DNA of 64,000 bases from a virus. Positions 45,862 through 55,515 of the stretch are shown here, piece by piece. Within the stretch, counting starts at the first letter, position 1. Each line of letters starts with the position of its first letter. Both the position numbers and the translations under genes were made by a program. Below the pieces are notes generated by a model, which was not told the DNA's origin, made no database searches, and worked only from the letters and a program-made list of their open reading frames with translations. The stretch lies in IMG/VR virus record IMGVR_UViG_3300002061_000003. The stretch is one strand, 5' to 3'.

Positions 45862-46082
45862 TATCGACCCCTAAATGGTTTACGACCGCCACCAGATTTC
45901 GATTTAGCAGCGGCTCGTTTTTTCGCTTCTTCCTCATCTTTCCGCCTGAGGTGAAAATACGCTAACCAGCGCGCAAACTTATCAGGCTGCAGAGAAAGAA
46001 TTTGACCTTCAACGTCTATTACTCCGAGCTGTTCTCCGAGGAAGTAGGCGTCGTGGAGTCTTGGGTTTCTTCGGAGTTTCCC
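45861..46082 (-). CDS. -1 frameshift extension (gpT-like) of the tail assembly chaperone
   Basis: In-phase slippery G GGA AAC (plus-strand 46076-46082); the -1 frame is open to TAA at 45861: KLRRNPRLHDAYFLGEQLGV...FARWLAYFHLRRKDEEEAKK. Confidence 0.85.
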   Translation of the reverse strand, partial: GKLRRNPRLHDAYFLGEQLGVIDVEGQILSLQPDKFARWLAYFHLRRKDEEEAKKRAAAKSKSGGGRKPFRGR

Positions 46083-46405
46083 TCCTCACCGAGAATGTCG
46101 ATATCGGTCAGTTCGGTAATCTTCGTGTTCAGCGTAGCCATGTCTTTACCGAATGGCATTGCTTTGATCAGGTCGATGTCAGCATCGTCGAAGACACGAT
46201 CATTTGTGCCTGGAACGAATGCATAACGTACTACCATCGAGGCGGCTGCAAACGCCCGATCTTCAGCTGCTGCTTGTTGCGTTTGAAGAACCACTTCCAT
46301 GGGCGGTTGGCGTAGTTCAATTTGCGCGCCAAAGAATTCCATCTCGAGCGATTTGGGTTTCGCATTGGCAAAGATTTGAGCCCTTAGTTCGTCACGTACG
46401 GACAT
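46019..46405 (-). CDS. Tail assembly chaperone (gpG-like)
   Basis: Between tail tube and TMP genes; carries the slippery site. Confidence 0.85.
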   Translation of the reverse strand: MSVRDELRAQIFANAKPKSLEMEFFGAQIELRQPPMEVVLQTQQAAAEDRAFAAASMVVRYAFVPGTNDRVFDDADIDLIKAMPFGKDMATLNTKITELTDIDILGEEGNSEETQDSTTPTSSENSSE

Positions 46406-46481
46406 GTTAGTCTCCTAGAAGGTTGATGTTGATGTGGTTGTTGGTCTCACCCGTTAGGGAAAGACCTTTCTTAGTAAAGGA

Positions 46482-47516
46482 TTACACTGTTGATGGTGTA
46501 CCCGAGCCCTGAAGCTGAACACTGAATTCGTTCATAACTTCGAGGCCGCCAGCAAGCGTGATTTCGGTCACAATTACATTGCCCTCTTCACCGCTGGTAC
46601 CGTTACCCAAGTACTGAGCATCGATCACAGTACTCTCTTCCCAAGCTGTCAATGCAATCTTGACGGCTTCGTTCAGAGTTGAAGTAACGGCGTGGTTCCA
46701 AGTAAATGCCTTGTAAAGCAATTCCTCGTCAGGTACCGACAACTGGAAGGTAACGCTTTGCTCTTCAGGATCACCCACGTTACCCGATTCACTTTCAGCT
46801 GTAATGCGGAAGAATCCACGAGCAACAGACTGGTTTGAACCATCAGGGTTGAGTTCGATGATCAGCTCATTCCGGGCACGCAGATCTGCAAGGTAACCGT
46901 AGGTACCATTGTAGAAACCTGACATTTCCAAATTCAGCTGCTTCAGGCCGTAATCGAAGATTCGGAAACCACCATTACCAGAAGCCAAACACATGTCTGT
47001 CGTATCAACACCTGCAGCTGTTTGAGTCAACGTGAACGAGTTCGCACCACAGAGATCTGAAGTTGGGAAGAAGGAACCAGTGACTGTAACTGGCCCTGTA
47101 ACAACGTAACCAGAAGCAAAGGTAACACGTCCAAACAAGAAGTCAATGCTTTCAATGTTGCTAACCGCAACAGCTACGCCATTGTCTTCAAATGTAGGAG
47201 TCACGGAGCGATCCCAGATTTGCCGTGCAGAAGCATCGATCTGATATTCTTGACCTGTTGTTTGAGACATAGCCTCGTCGGTCATAGCTGTAGTAGCCCC
47301 TTGACGCTTCAAGGTAGCCACATAACCTGCAAAACCCTTATACAAGGCATTGGAAGTAATAGACCAGCCAATCAAACCTGGTTGAGTTGATTGAAAATCT
47401 TGGCCGAAGATCGTATCGACGATCTCACCGGCTTCGTTGCGAAGTTCACCTGTATTACCTGGAAGAGTATTCCAAGAGGTGCCACTGTCATCCGACAGGC
47501 GGATTCGTTTTGCCAT
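46482..47516 (-). CDS. Major tail (tube) protein
   Basis: Position; duplicated tube-type segments (TIFG...GLIGWSI; DTTD...GLKQLNLEMSG). Confidence 0.8.
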   Translation of the reverse strand: MAKRIRLSDDSGTSWNTLPGNTGELRNEAGEIVDTIFGQDFQSTQPGLIGWSITSNALYKGFAGYVATLKRQGATTAMTDEAMSQTTGQEYQIDASARQIWDRSVTPTFEDNGVAVAVSNIESIDFLFGRVTFASGYVVTGPVTVTGSFFPTSDLCGANSFTLTQTAAGVDTTDMCLASGNGGFRIFDYGLKQLNLEMSGFYNGTYGYLADLRARNELIIELNPDGSNQSVARGFFRITAESESGNVGDPEEQSVTFQLSVPDEELLYKAFTWNHAVTSTLNEAVKIALTAWEESTVIDAQYLGNGTSGEEGNVIVTEITLAGGLEVMNEFSVQLQGSGTPSTV

Positions 47517-47528
47517 AGCATCAGCTCC

Positions 47529-47969
47529 TTATAGCGATTTCCGGTGAGTACCGGATGACGGGTTAATGATGAGTTGGAAATTGAGGCTGAAAGATGGTCT
47601 GCGGTTCTCATCGTAACCGAGAAATGCTGCCTCTGAAAGCATAGACACAGATACCCAGATATTCCCGTTTATTGTCTGGCTATCTAATCCAAGCAGTGCG
47701 TCTTTGACTTCTAATACCTTATCCGTTAATTCCGTGTAATCGTTTTCACTGCCACGGATGATTGCTTGAACCGTAGGATAGTCAACTAGCCACGCTGGAT
47801 TAGGCGGACGACCTCCGGAATCATATAGAGTAATGCAACGATCAGGCTTATCAGGCCTTTTCGAAACATTAATAGACCAGTCAGACTGATCTTCAAGCTC
47901 GGTGATGTTAAATCTACCGACATCTGCTGTAACGAGCAGGTCTTTGATATCCATAGCACGACTAGACAC
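47529..47969 (-). CDS. Tail terminator / minor capsid-like protein
   Basis: 'PDKPDRCITLYDSGG', 'PTVQAIIRG', 'LGYDENRRP.FSLNF'. Confidence 0.75.
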   Translation of the reverse strand: MSSRAMDIKDLLVTADVGRFNITELEDQSDWSINVSKRPDKPDRCITLYDSGGRPPNPAWLVDYPTVQAIIRGSENDYTELTDKVLEVKDALLGLDSQTINGNIWVSVSMLSEAAFLGYDENRRPSFSLNFQLIINPSSGTHRKSL

Positions 47970-48432
47970 TTGAAGCCCTCTTGAATCCGGCTACAATACG
48001 TTTCTGGATGTTATTGCTGTCTTCAAGCAATGGACGTTCCAGGAACTTTGCAGATGTTGGAGGATCATGGTAGAATTCCAAATTCTCATGCTGGAGTACA
48101 GCATAATGAGGTACACCACCACGTGCGTAACCGATCTCGACAGTAGGTCTACCTGCAACTCTACCTTTCTCAAGATAGCCACTGCGTTGTAGATCACCTG
48201 TATCCTTAGGAACCAATTCTTGGCTTTTGTCGAATGTAGGCTGCAGAGCTTCCATCAGCACATCAGCAGCCTGCTCTTCCATATGCTCTGTCCAAGCTAC
48301 GAAGTTATCGATAAGACCTTTGGATTGTTTCCGAACATAAGATTCAAATGCTTGCTGAGGCATAGTATCCGTATAACGAACACCACCTAAGCCAGCGACA
48401 ATACGTGCGGGAGGTTTAAACGGTTTAGCCAT
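47962..48432 (-). CDS. HK97 gp10-like tail completion protein
   Basis: 'SQELVPKDTGDLQRSG', 'YA..QHEN...H......KFLERP'. Confidence 0.75.
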   Translation of the reverse strand: MAKPFKPPARIVAGLGGVRYTDTMPQQAFESYVRKQSKGLIDNFVAWTEHMEEQAADVLMEALQPTFDKSQELVPKDTGDLQRSGYLEKGRVAGRPTVEIGYARGGVPHYAVLQHENLEFYHDPPTSAKFLERPLLEDSNNIQKRIVAGFKRASSV

Positions 48433-48758
48433 TAGAGAAATGCCCTCCGTTCAACCTTCAAACCTGATAAGCTTGGAATCTTGCGGAATTGTTTGATTTG
48501 AAAAGCACCATGAACTTTGGTTGGATCAAACTCGTCGATCGAGCCAAGGCATAAGTAGCCCAAGATATCCAAATCCTGCTGAGTGAATACAATAGCCTTA
48601 CTGGTGCCAATGTCACCTGATTGTAGAGGAAATTGCTCTTGACGATCTTCCCAGCGAACCTTGATTAAACAGGGTGCATCATAAGAGAATCCACCAGTGC
48701 CATTAGACACAGGTGAACCCCAATAAGTTGCTTGCTGAGTGTAACCACGTGAGATCAT
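48432..48758 (-). CDS. Head closure/stopper protein
   Basis: 'Q.ATYW......G.GGFSY..P..I.VRWED'; position. Confidence 0.7.
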   Translation of the reverse strand: MISRGYTQQATYWGSPVSNGTGGFSYDAPCLIKVRWEDRQEQFPLQSGDIGTSKAIVFTQQDLDILGYLCLGSIDEFDPTKVHGAFQIKQFRKIPSLSGLKVERRAFL

Positions 48759-49132
48759 ACCACCCGAAATTCTGCTTTAGTCATTGCGTTCGCATTCAGA
48801 GCGAGGATTCCAGATGAGTCGAGCGCAACAGCTTGTTGGCCAAACCTCGTTAGATTGAATCCCCGGTCAGACTTCGAACCCTCTTTAAAGGTATCAGTCG
48901 ATTCGCCTACTTTTGAACGTGTTAAGCCGCCTCTCTCTACAGCAACGACAGCAAAGTGTGCTGCCAGATACTTGCCAATCATTGTTTGCCTTGCGGCACT
49001 TAATCCGCTATCAGCAAGGTCTTCAGAAACGACCAGCTCAGCTGTTGCGATATACTCCGTCAGGGAGATATCATCCAGTTCCTGATATTCAGGTCCTAGC
49101 AGCAACAGAACTGAGCTGGTCGAAATAGTCAT
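48755..49132 (-). CDS. Head-tail adaptor protein
   Basis: 'KYLAAHF', 'L..TRFGQQA.ALD.SG.L'; position after capsid genes. Confidence 0.7.
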   Translation of the reverse strand: MTISTSSVLLLLGPEYQELDDISLTEYIATAELVVSEDLADSGLSAARQTMIGKYLAAHFAVVAVERGGLTRSKVGESTDTFKEGSKSDRGFNLTRFGQQAVALDSSGILALNANAMTKAEFRVV

Positions 49133-49135
49133 GCG

Positions 49136-49468
49136 TTAGCCCTTCAAAGCAGCCAATGCGTCTTCGGCATCTTTCAGAGCCTTAGCAGCATTTTCTTTGG
49201 CCTGAGCATTGCCTGATGCCGCTGCAGTAACGCCAGCTTTCGCTTTTGTAACTGCCGCTTCAGCAGCTTCCACGGCTTTGGCTTTTGCCGCAGCAGCTTC
49301 AGCTTCAGGATCTTTGGCACCAGCAACTTCGAAGTGAGATGCAAATGCCTTGGCTTGAGCTTCAGTCACTTTAATCGTCTTCGGACCTGTGACACGCTTG
49401 CGTTCACCATCTTCGCCGATAGTGCTGAAGTTCTTACCCTCCAGAAGGTTACGTGATACTTTGGACAT
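49136..49468 (-). CDS. Ala/Lys-rich hypothetical virion protein
   Basis: ORF directly downstream of MCP; GGAGG RBS. Confidence 0.7.
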   Translation of the reverse strand: MSKVSRNLLEGKNFSTIGEDGERKRVTGPKTIKVTEAQAKAFASHFEVAGAKDPEAEAAAAKAKAVEAAEAAVTKAKAGVTAAASGNAQAKENAAKALKDAEDALAALKG

Positions 49469-49502
49469 AATATCCTCCGTGCTTGGAGATCGCCACTATC
49501 CG

Positions 49503-50492
49503 TTAGGAGTAGTGAACGATCCCGGATTGACCTTTCATGTCCGCTTTGATGCGAGGCACCATAATGGAGATGACCTTGAAGTTGGTCGTCATACCACCAT
49601 TGGAATCCCACATGATCGGAACAGGCTGTTGACCGACAACCATGTCGACGACGTCAGATGTCATCTGAACCATCACAACATTGTTGCCACCGAAACGTGA
49701 AGAAGGCCGAACATCAATGATGCCTGGAATCTCTTTCACGCGCTGCAAGATCGTCTTGTCGCTGTTGGCCTTGAAGTCATCGCCCATATGAACGAAAGCA
49801 CCATAAGGCACGTAGATCATGTATGGACCATACATATGATCTGCAACAGCGTCGTCGATCATCGACAGCACATCACTGACGATTTGCTCACCTGTAGCCG
49901 TAGCCCAGTTTGCAGTGACAGAACCGACGTTACGGTCGGGAGCTGTCAAGTAGCCGTAGATGTTGCTGTTTGGCCCACCAATTGTCGCGCCGTTAAAGAG
50001 CAGGTCTTCGGTCCGCTCGGAGACGAGGCGAGAAGCCATAGCAGCTTGGGTAGTGTCGAGAGGTTGGCCGGTAGTACGCGAGGCCATCAGAGTCCGGATG
50101 TTGATGCTGAACTCTTTGTGGGTCAGAGGAATTGGCATACCTTCCAGTTCGAAGATCTGACGATCTTTTTCACCTGGGGTAATACCAGACATGCTCATCT
50201 CAGCAGGAGTCATGTCGGAGATTTTCTCCCACTCCAGCTTCGTAGTGCCCAGAGCATTGTTGAGGTCGAAGCGCAAGCCACGTCCCAGCAAGTCCGCAAC
50301 ACCAATGAGGCGTTCACGTGCGACTTCAACGATTGCAGTATCGTATGCAATCCATTCGTCTTTACGGAGGACGTCATTTGTACGCAATGCGTTGACGTTC
50401 ATACCGCTTGACAAGAGGCGAGCAGCAACACTGCCATTAGCGGCAAGTTGACCGTTTTGACCGCCTGTCAGGATATCCATATTCGGATCCAT
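49503..50492 (-). CDS. Major capsid protein (HK97 fold, encapsulin/linocin-like type)
   Basis: 'LRKDEWIAYD..IVEVARERL.GVADL..RGL', 'P+P+THKEF.I..R.L', 'GP..IY+P'. Confidence 0.85.
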   Translation of the reverse strand: MDPNMDILTGGQNGQLAANGSVAARLLSSGMNVNALRTNDVLRKDEWIAYDTAIVEVARERLIGVADLLGRGLRFDLNNALGTTKLEWEKISDMTPAEMSMSGITPGEKDRQIFELEGMPIPLTHKEFSINIRTLMASRTTGQPLDTTQAAMASRLVSERTEDLLFNGATIGGPNSNIYGYLTAPDRNVGSVTANWATATGEQIVSDVLSMIDDAVADHMYGPYMIYVPYGAFVHMGDDFKANSDKTILQRVKEIPGIIDVRPSSRFGGNNVVMVQMTSDVVDMVVGQQPVPIMWDSNGGMTTNFKVISIMVPRIKADMKGQSGIVHYS

Positions 50493-50524
50493 TGGTCTTC
50501 CTTTCGTTCGTGCCTAAAAGGCGG

Positions 50525-50947
50525 TTAAACAGCTTCGATAAGCACGGTAGTAGCAGTGCCACCACCAGAGTTATCAACTGCCTGGAGAGCGAAGCCAACA
50601 ACAGCATTCGTACCAGTACGAGTTACGAACCCGCCAGCACCATCTGATTGGACAGCAGCACCATGCGCAATTGCAGCAGCACCAGCAGCTACATGGCCGT
50701 AGAATTCGGCTCCAGCAGTCAGTACTTCATACAGCACACGATCACCGATCGCATAGTTGGTATCGGTACCACGACCGATAACTTCGTACTCAACGGCAAT
50801 CGCCTTTTGAGCAGCACCCCCCGCAGTGCTGTGAGCACCGAGAGTATCGGCAGCAAGTACTTCGACAAGCATACCAGGTGTGATGACGGTCGCAGCAACA
50901 CGCTCTTTGCGAATGCTGTGACCTTTAACGAGAACAGTGTTTGCCAT
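50525..50947 (-). CDS. Capsid decoration/cement protein
   Basis: 'ITPGMLVE', 'YAIGDRV', 'SDGAG', 'VVGFALQAVDNS'; between protease and MCP. Confidence 0.7.
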   Translation of the reverse strand: MANTVLVKGHSIRKERVAATVITPGMLVEVLAADTLGAHSTAGGAAQKAIAVEYEVIGRGTDTNYAIGDRVLYEVLTAGAEFYGHVAAGAAAIAHGAAVQSDGAGGFVTRTGTNAVVGFALQAVDNSGGGTATTVLIEAV

Positions 50948-50987
50948 GAGGCATATCCTTCTTTTTCGTTAGGTTACAGAAACCGCA

Positions 50988-52502
50988 TTAAGCGGCAGTG
51001 GCGTCAGTCTTCACAGGGAAGGCTTCTTGCATCTTCGGAACCGAATTTTGATCATCGGCAGCAGATGCAGTTGCGTTGGCGATTGGAGTACCGCCAGCAC
51101 CCGAATAGTCAGCAGCAGGTGCGGCCGACAAAGTAGTCAGATTCTCGAGCATACCGAGATCCATGCCATCCAGCTGTTCTTGGGAGAATTTGCAGCGATC
51201 GTTTGCGACAAGACCTGCAACCAGCGATGCTTTCTTGTCATTGTGCATTTTCAAGCTGTTGGCCAGAACTTCTTGCATGCCTGCAGGTGCGGCAGCAATA
51301 TAGTCGTCAACTGTTGCAGGTGTAGTATTCACTGCAGGAGCCTCTTCAGTAACGGTTTCAGCAGAAGCTTCAACCTGGGTTTCGGTTTCAGGTGTAGGAT
51401 TGGAGGGCGTAGCCTCTTGGGTAGCGTCGCTCATGTCATCGTTTCCTTCTGCTGAGCTTTCGGTTTCAACCTCAACTTCGTTCTCGTTGACGTTGGGTTC
51501 TTCATCCTCAGCAGATGCTTCGGAAGAATTGGCTTTTGGAACGATGGAAGTCATCATATTGACCTCTACAACATCGTCCGCTAGAGTCGCCACGTTATCG
51601 GTGATTGTAAACGAACGCTGGAATTTTTCATTCGAATTCCATGTCTCATAAACCACGATATCAGGCGTGAATGTGTAGATGTGATACAACCCATCATTTT
51701 CCGCACGTAGAGATGCATCAAGGGCATCACTCAGGAGTGTGCGTGCATTCTCAATTGGCATGTCGGATGGCATTGAATTTGAAATCAAGTGGTCAAGGGC
51801 TGAATTAGCCTTGGCTAACTGATCTGTTTCGGAACGTTCCATGTTTCTGTCTCCGCAATTGCCTTCGCCTTCACAACCACAACCGCAATCATGGTTGTTA
51901 ACAGGAACACGACGAAGAGTGTTGAGTCTAGGCACTCCGCAGCCATCTTCGACAGAACAGGCTCCGATAGTACCTTCAGATAGGAACGCGAGATGATCAG
52001 GCGTAACTGAACGCCACACACCTTCATAAGCAGTTCCGCTATAGTCACCTTGTAACGCTTCTACAGCAGCAAAGAGACCTGTCGAAATCTCAACCATGTC
52101 GCCATTCTGAATACGTTCCAAAGTTGTTGCCGCTTCACCACCAAGAGTGTTGACACGTTCAATGTCAATCCAAGCTTCGGTCTTTAGCTTGTTATCATCA
52201 AGGTAGGTGTTGAAAATCTGTCCAAATGCCCAATCAGATAGGACTGCTGGAGAGTTGGCACTAACATAGTTGTCATCCACCTTAGGGTGATTCATAACCA
52301 GCGGACGGCCATCCCATGCGTTTGGAAATTTACCAAATTCTGTCGCAAGAGCCAATTCAGGGTTCTCAGCGTTTGCAGAATGTAAAACCCCTTCGACCAG
52401 GGCCACAACAGGCACAACAATATAGTCGCGACCGTCAAACGTATCATTCCTGATTGACGCTGTATCGGCTTGTGCCTGAATATTGAGTGCAATTTGGTCC
52501 AT
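50988..52502 (-). CDS. Prohead protease/scaffold (DUF2213-like)
   Basis: 'VVPVVALVEGV', 'W.GRPLVMNHP', 'EISTG', 'PDHLAFL....GACS..DGCG'; acidic scaffold C-terminus. Confidence 0.85.
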   Translation of the reverse strand: MDQIALNIQAQADTASIRNDTFDGRDYIVVPVVALVEGVLHSANAENPELALATEFGKFPNAWDGRPLVMNHPKVDDNYVSANSPAVLSDWAFGQIFNTYLDDNKLKTEAWIDIERVNTLGGEAATTLERIQNGDMVEISTGLFAAVEALQGDYSGTAYEGVWRSVTPDHLAFLSEGTIGACSVEDGCGVPRLNTLRRVPVNNHDCGCGCEGEGNCGDRNMERSETDQLAKANSALDHLISNSMPSDMPIENARTLLSDALDASLRAENDGLYHIYTFTPDIVVYETWNSNEKFQRSFTITDNVATLADDVVEVNMMTSIVPKANSSEASAEDEEPNVNENEVEVETESSAEGNDDMSDATQEATPSNPTPETETQVEASAETVTEEAPAVNTTPATVDDYIAAAPAGMQEVLANSLKMHNDKKASLVAGLVANDRCKFSQEQLDGMDLGMLENLTTLSAAPAADYSGAGGTPIANATASAADDQNSVPKMQEAFPVKTDATAA

Positions 52503-52508
52503 ATTGGT

Positions 52509-52547
52509 ATTATATCCAATTCAAAAAGAATAATCAAGAGGGTTTTT
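52509..52547 (-). promoter_or_regulatory. Internal late promoter, probably leaderless
   Basis: Minus strand AAAAACCCTC-TTGATT-N17-TATAAT-N6-ATG. Confidence 0.75.
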
Positions 52548-52578
52548 CAACTATTTTGGATGCCTCGTTTTAAGCGGG

Positions 52579-54963
52579 CTACGGAGTGTCGATGGCGTCT
52601 TCACCTCTATGCCAGGCGTCAGCATTCACTGTTGCAGCGTCTCCTGCGATCCTCTTATGAAGTACATCATTCAAATATACTTCCAGGTATTCTACTGTAG
52701 TATCTGCCGGCATTGAATTTCCACCTTGAGAACTGGCCAAGAATGAAAGTTCGCGGTTACTTTGGAATGTACCTGTACCTGCAGATTGGAATGCTTGTGT
52801 TTGGCTGGCTCCATTTACAGTCAAGACAACTTCTTGAGCCACCATATCAACTACCAGGATGAAGTCGTTGAATGCGCCAGCGTTTGGTTGTGCTCCAAAA
52901 TCGTTAGTAGGGTTGAGAACTGCTGCTCCAGAAGAATCCTCAGCTACAGCTCTAAGTTTACCGTTAGCTAGGATACGCAGATCGCAACCGCCAGATTCTT
53001 GGGCAAAGATATACGTATTGCTTGGCAGTGTTGTTCCATAGCTCATGCGAGCACGCCATTCAATTTTAGTGGTATTTGCAGGTACGTTGGCTGGATCAAC
53101 AAAGTGTGTTGGATCGGCTTGGACATTGGCAGCCTGAGTATTGAAGGTCGTAGCACCCCCACCTCCACCACCAACACTAATACCTGAAGCAGTATACAAT
53201 GTTGCAATGCCCGATTCACGTACAATAGGATAGCCATAACCGGTACCAGATACATGAGTTCTGGTTTCGATTGGCCATCTCTGCATGACACGTGAGTCTG
53301 CAAGGTGAGCAGCTGTCAAAAGGTGAACACCATCACCATAACCAAATGAAAGACTGTCACCATCAACAAATGCCGTATCAGGTGTAATACGTACAATGCC
53401 GTTAGCAGCATCTTGAATTAAGGCCGTAAAGCCTGAGAATGAAGGTGTACCACCCTGAGTCACCATAAAGCCTTGCACATGATGCAGTTCAGCCAAAGTT
53501 GCTGGAGTTAATGCTGCTGTTACCCAATTATCACCTTCAAAGCTGCCATCATAGTTGCCTGCAGCATGTTCGATGAATGGGGTTGACAATGTACCTCCAT
53601 GAGGCAATGTAAACGTGATGTCCACATATGCACCTGTAGATTCCCACGCAGCCGATTGGATACGAGGTTCATTGCGTGATAGGAAACCAAGAGCACGTGC
53701 TACGTTCTCCATTTGAGATACGCCCGCCATAGATTCACCATCTACGTCGTTTGAAGCTACATGCGTTTCAGCTGGTTGAGCCAGATGCCCACCAAAAGCT
53801 TCTTGACCTGTCCAACCAGCTACAGATGAAGGTGTAATAGCTTCAAAAGCAGTACTAGACTCAGCAATTGCACGGATAGCCTCACGAAGCACACCCTTCT
53901 GGACATCATTGGTAAGTACCTCACCATCTGTATGCGTAGTAACATTCCAATGGCTAGCACCCCAAGATACAATCCACTTGGTACGGGTGGCGTCGAAGAG
54001 ACCTTGATCTCCAGCAGCGCTGAGATCCCACATGAAGTGATCTGGGGTATAATCGCGGGTGTTAACCACCTCCACAAGTCCGGTAGTATAATCCCCAATT
54101 CCTGACAAGTCATCATTATCACCAATTCCTCCAACCGTTTTACGGATGTAGAAGGGTGCCCACATACGTTCGAATTCTAGATATGTCGCTGCATCCGAGG
54201 TAAACCAGTGATCGAATACTGCGCAGATATCAGATCCACGAGTACGAATGTAGTTGACGGGATTAGCTGCGGAATCATTCCAATTTCTACTTGTGTTAGC
54301 ATCTTCAGCTAGAGCAGAACGTGCTGTACCTGAATGTGTCATATCGACGATGAGCAATGGCCCATCAAATTCTTCACCTACAACAGCTGCCATTCGACGT
54401 AAGCCGAGTGTTGAAGACGCTGTAATCTCCTCAGGACCTGTCGATAACGTCCCATTGACATCATTAACCAGGAACCACATCGTTTTGGCTGGGGGTGTGA
54501 AAGTTGGAGCGGGTGATGTTGAAGTTAAAGGCCTTGCTGCAAGTGATTGACCGAACCAAGCAACAATATAGCCAGCAAACCATTCACCAACTTGAGTGAC
54601 GAACACACCTGGAGCTGATTGCAGACGTACTTGAGCTCGCATAGGAGTATTTGATGGGGCTCTGGAAGCATTTACAGACCAAACACCTCCAGCACTTGCA
54701 GCGAAACTTGTCCATCCTTGAATTTCTGTGCTGTTGTCTGCATTCAACAGGCGATATTCAAGAGTAGGCAATTCAGTATCTAAGGCATCATGCGTACCAC
54801 TGATAGCAATCGTGGCATTACCCGAATCAAAGAAATCCGTGTCATACACAGGCAATTGCTGTTCAGAGATGGTCAGCGTAACATTGCTAGTCACAAGCGT
54901 AACTGGCGTAGAACCAATGTATGATGCCGTGACCAGCGTATTTCCGATATATGACTTAGGCAT
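52579..54963 (-). CDS. Head/tail spike with SGNH (carbohydrate esterase)-like and LamG-like domains
   Basis: N-terminal SYIG.T.V repeat; 'AWFGQSL', 'SGTA', 'GGH'; beta-rich C-terminal lectin-like region. Confidence 0.55.
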   Translation of the reverse strand: MPKSYIGNTLVTASYIGSTPVTLVTSNVTLTISEQQLPVYDTDFFDSGNATIAISGTHDALDTELPTLEYRLLNADNSTEIQGWTSFAASAGGVWSVNASRAPSNTPMRAQVRLQSAPGVFVTQVGEWFAGYIVAWFGQSLAARPLTSTSPAPTFTPPAKTMWFLVNDVNGTLSTGPEEITASSTLGLRRMAAVVGEEFDGPLLIVDMTHSGTARSALAEDANTSRNWNDSAANPVNYIRTRGSDICAVFDHWFTSDAATYLEFERMWAPFYIRKTVGGIGDNDDLSGIGDYTTGLVEVVNTRDYTPDHFMWDLSAAGDQGLFDATRTKWIVSWGASHWNVTTHTDGEVLTNDVQKGVLREAIRAIAESSTAFEAITPSSVAGWTGQEAFGGHLAQPAETHVASNDVDGESMAGVSQMENVARALGFLSRNEPRIQSAAWESTGAYVDITFTLPHGGTLSTPFIEHAAGNYDGSFEGDNWVTAALTPATLAELHHVQGFMVTQGGTPSFSGFTALIQDAANGIVRITPDTAFVDGDSLSFGYGDGVHLLTAAHLADSRVMQRWPIETRTHVSGTGYGYPIVRESGIATLYTASGISVGGGGGGATTFNTQAANVQADPTHFVDPANVPANTTKIEWRARMSYGTTLPSNTYIFAQESGGCDLRILANGKLRAVAEDSSGAAVLNPTNDFGAQPNAGAFNDFILVVDMVAQEVVLTVNGASQTQAFQSAGTGTFQSNRELSFLASSQGGNSMPADTTVEYLEVYLNDVLHKRIAGDAATVNADAWHRGEDAIDTP

Positions 54964-54966
54964 GAC

Positions 54967-55512
54967 TTACCCCGCAATTACATAATGAGTATTGGCATCA
55001 TAAGAGCCAAGAGCATCATATGCAGCTTGTGTGATGAACACAGTGTTGTTGATAACCGATGCACCTGTGATACCTGTGATGTCGGAAGCGACAGTCAGAT
55101 TCAAAGTTGCCAGCAAAGCATCTGTCAAGATGTTGGTATCTGCCGTGGCTGCAAGCAAAGCACGAATTTCAGCACCAGTCTGATCTGCTGTTGCACCTGA
55201 TTCAATACCCAAAGCTGATCGCAGAGCTGTGGCCGTAATCGCACCAAGCAATCCAGCAACCGAATCGACAGGTGCTGATGTCAGATAAGACTGCAAGTCA
55301 CTGATTTGGCTTTCGGTAATGGAAAGAGCAGCTTGATGCCCAGTGACATCAGATTCTGTTACCGTATAGCTTGTCAGATATCCAGCATCACCATGATCAC
55401 CCCAGCCATACAGCTCTGTGAAGTTGGCTTCTACCTTACCAAACGTTGTGAATAGGTTCTCTGCGGTAGCATCACCTGCGGATGAACCCCTATCTAAGTT
55501 TTGTTGTGCCAT
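54967..55512 (-). CDS. Short fibre/connector protein
   Basis: N-terminal 'G...GD.T...L...FGKV.ANF.ELY' and C-terminal 'ITQAAYDAL.S.D.NT.YVI' fibre motifs. Confidence 0.6.
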   Translation of the reverse strand: MAQQNLDRGSSAGDATAENLFTTFGKVEANFTELYGWGDHGDAGYLTSYTVTESDVTGHQAALSITESQISDLQSYLTSAPVDSVAGLLGAITATALRSALGIESGATADQTGAEIRALLAATADTNILTDALLATLNLTVASDITGITGASVINNTVFITQAAYDALGSYDANTHYVIAG

Positions 55513-55515
55513 GGT

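Noticed and set aside
49788-50451. Long plus-strand ORFs antisense to the major capsid gene (similar shadows over TMP, portal, protease, terL)
   Set aside because: No RBS or recognisable motifs; explained by codon bias of highly expressed minus-strand genes
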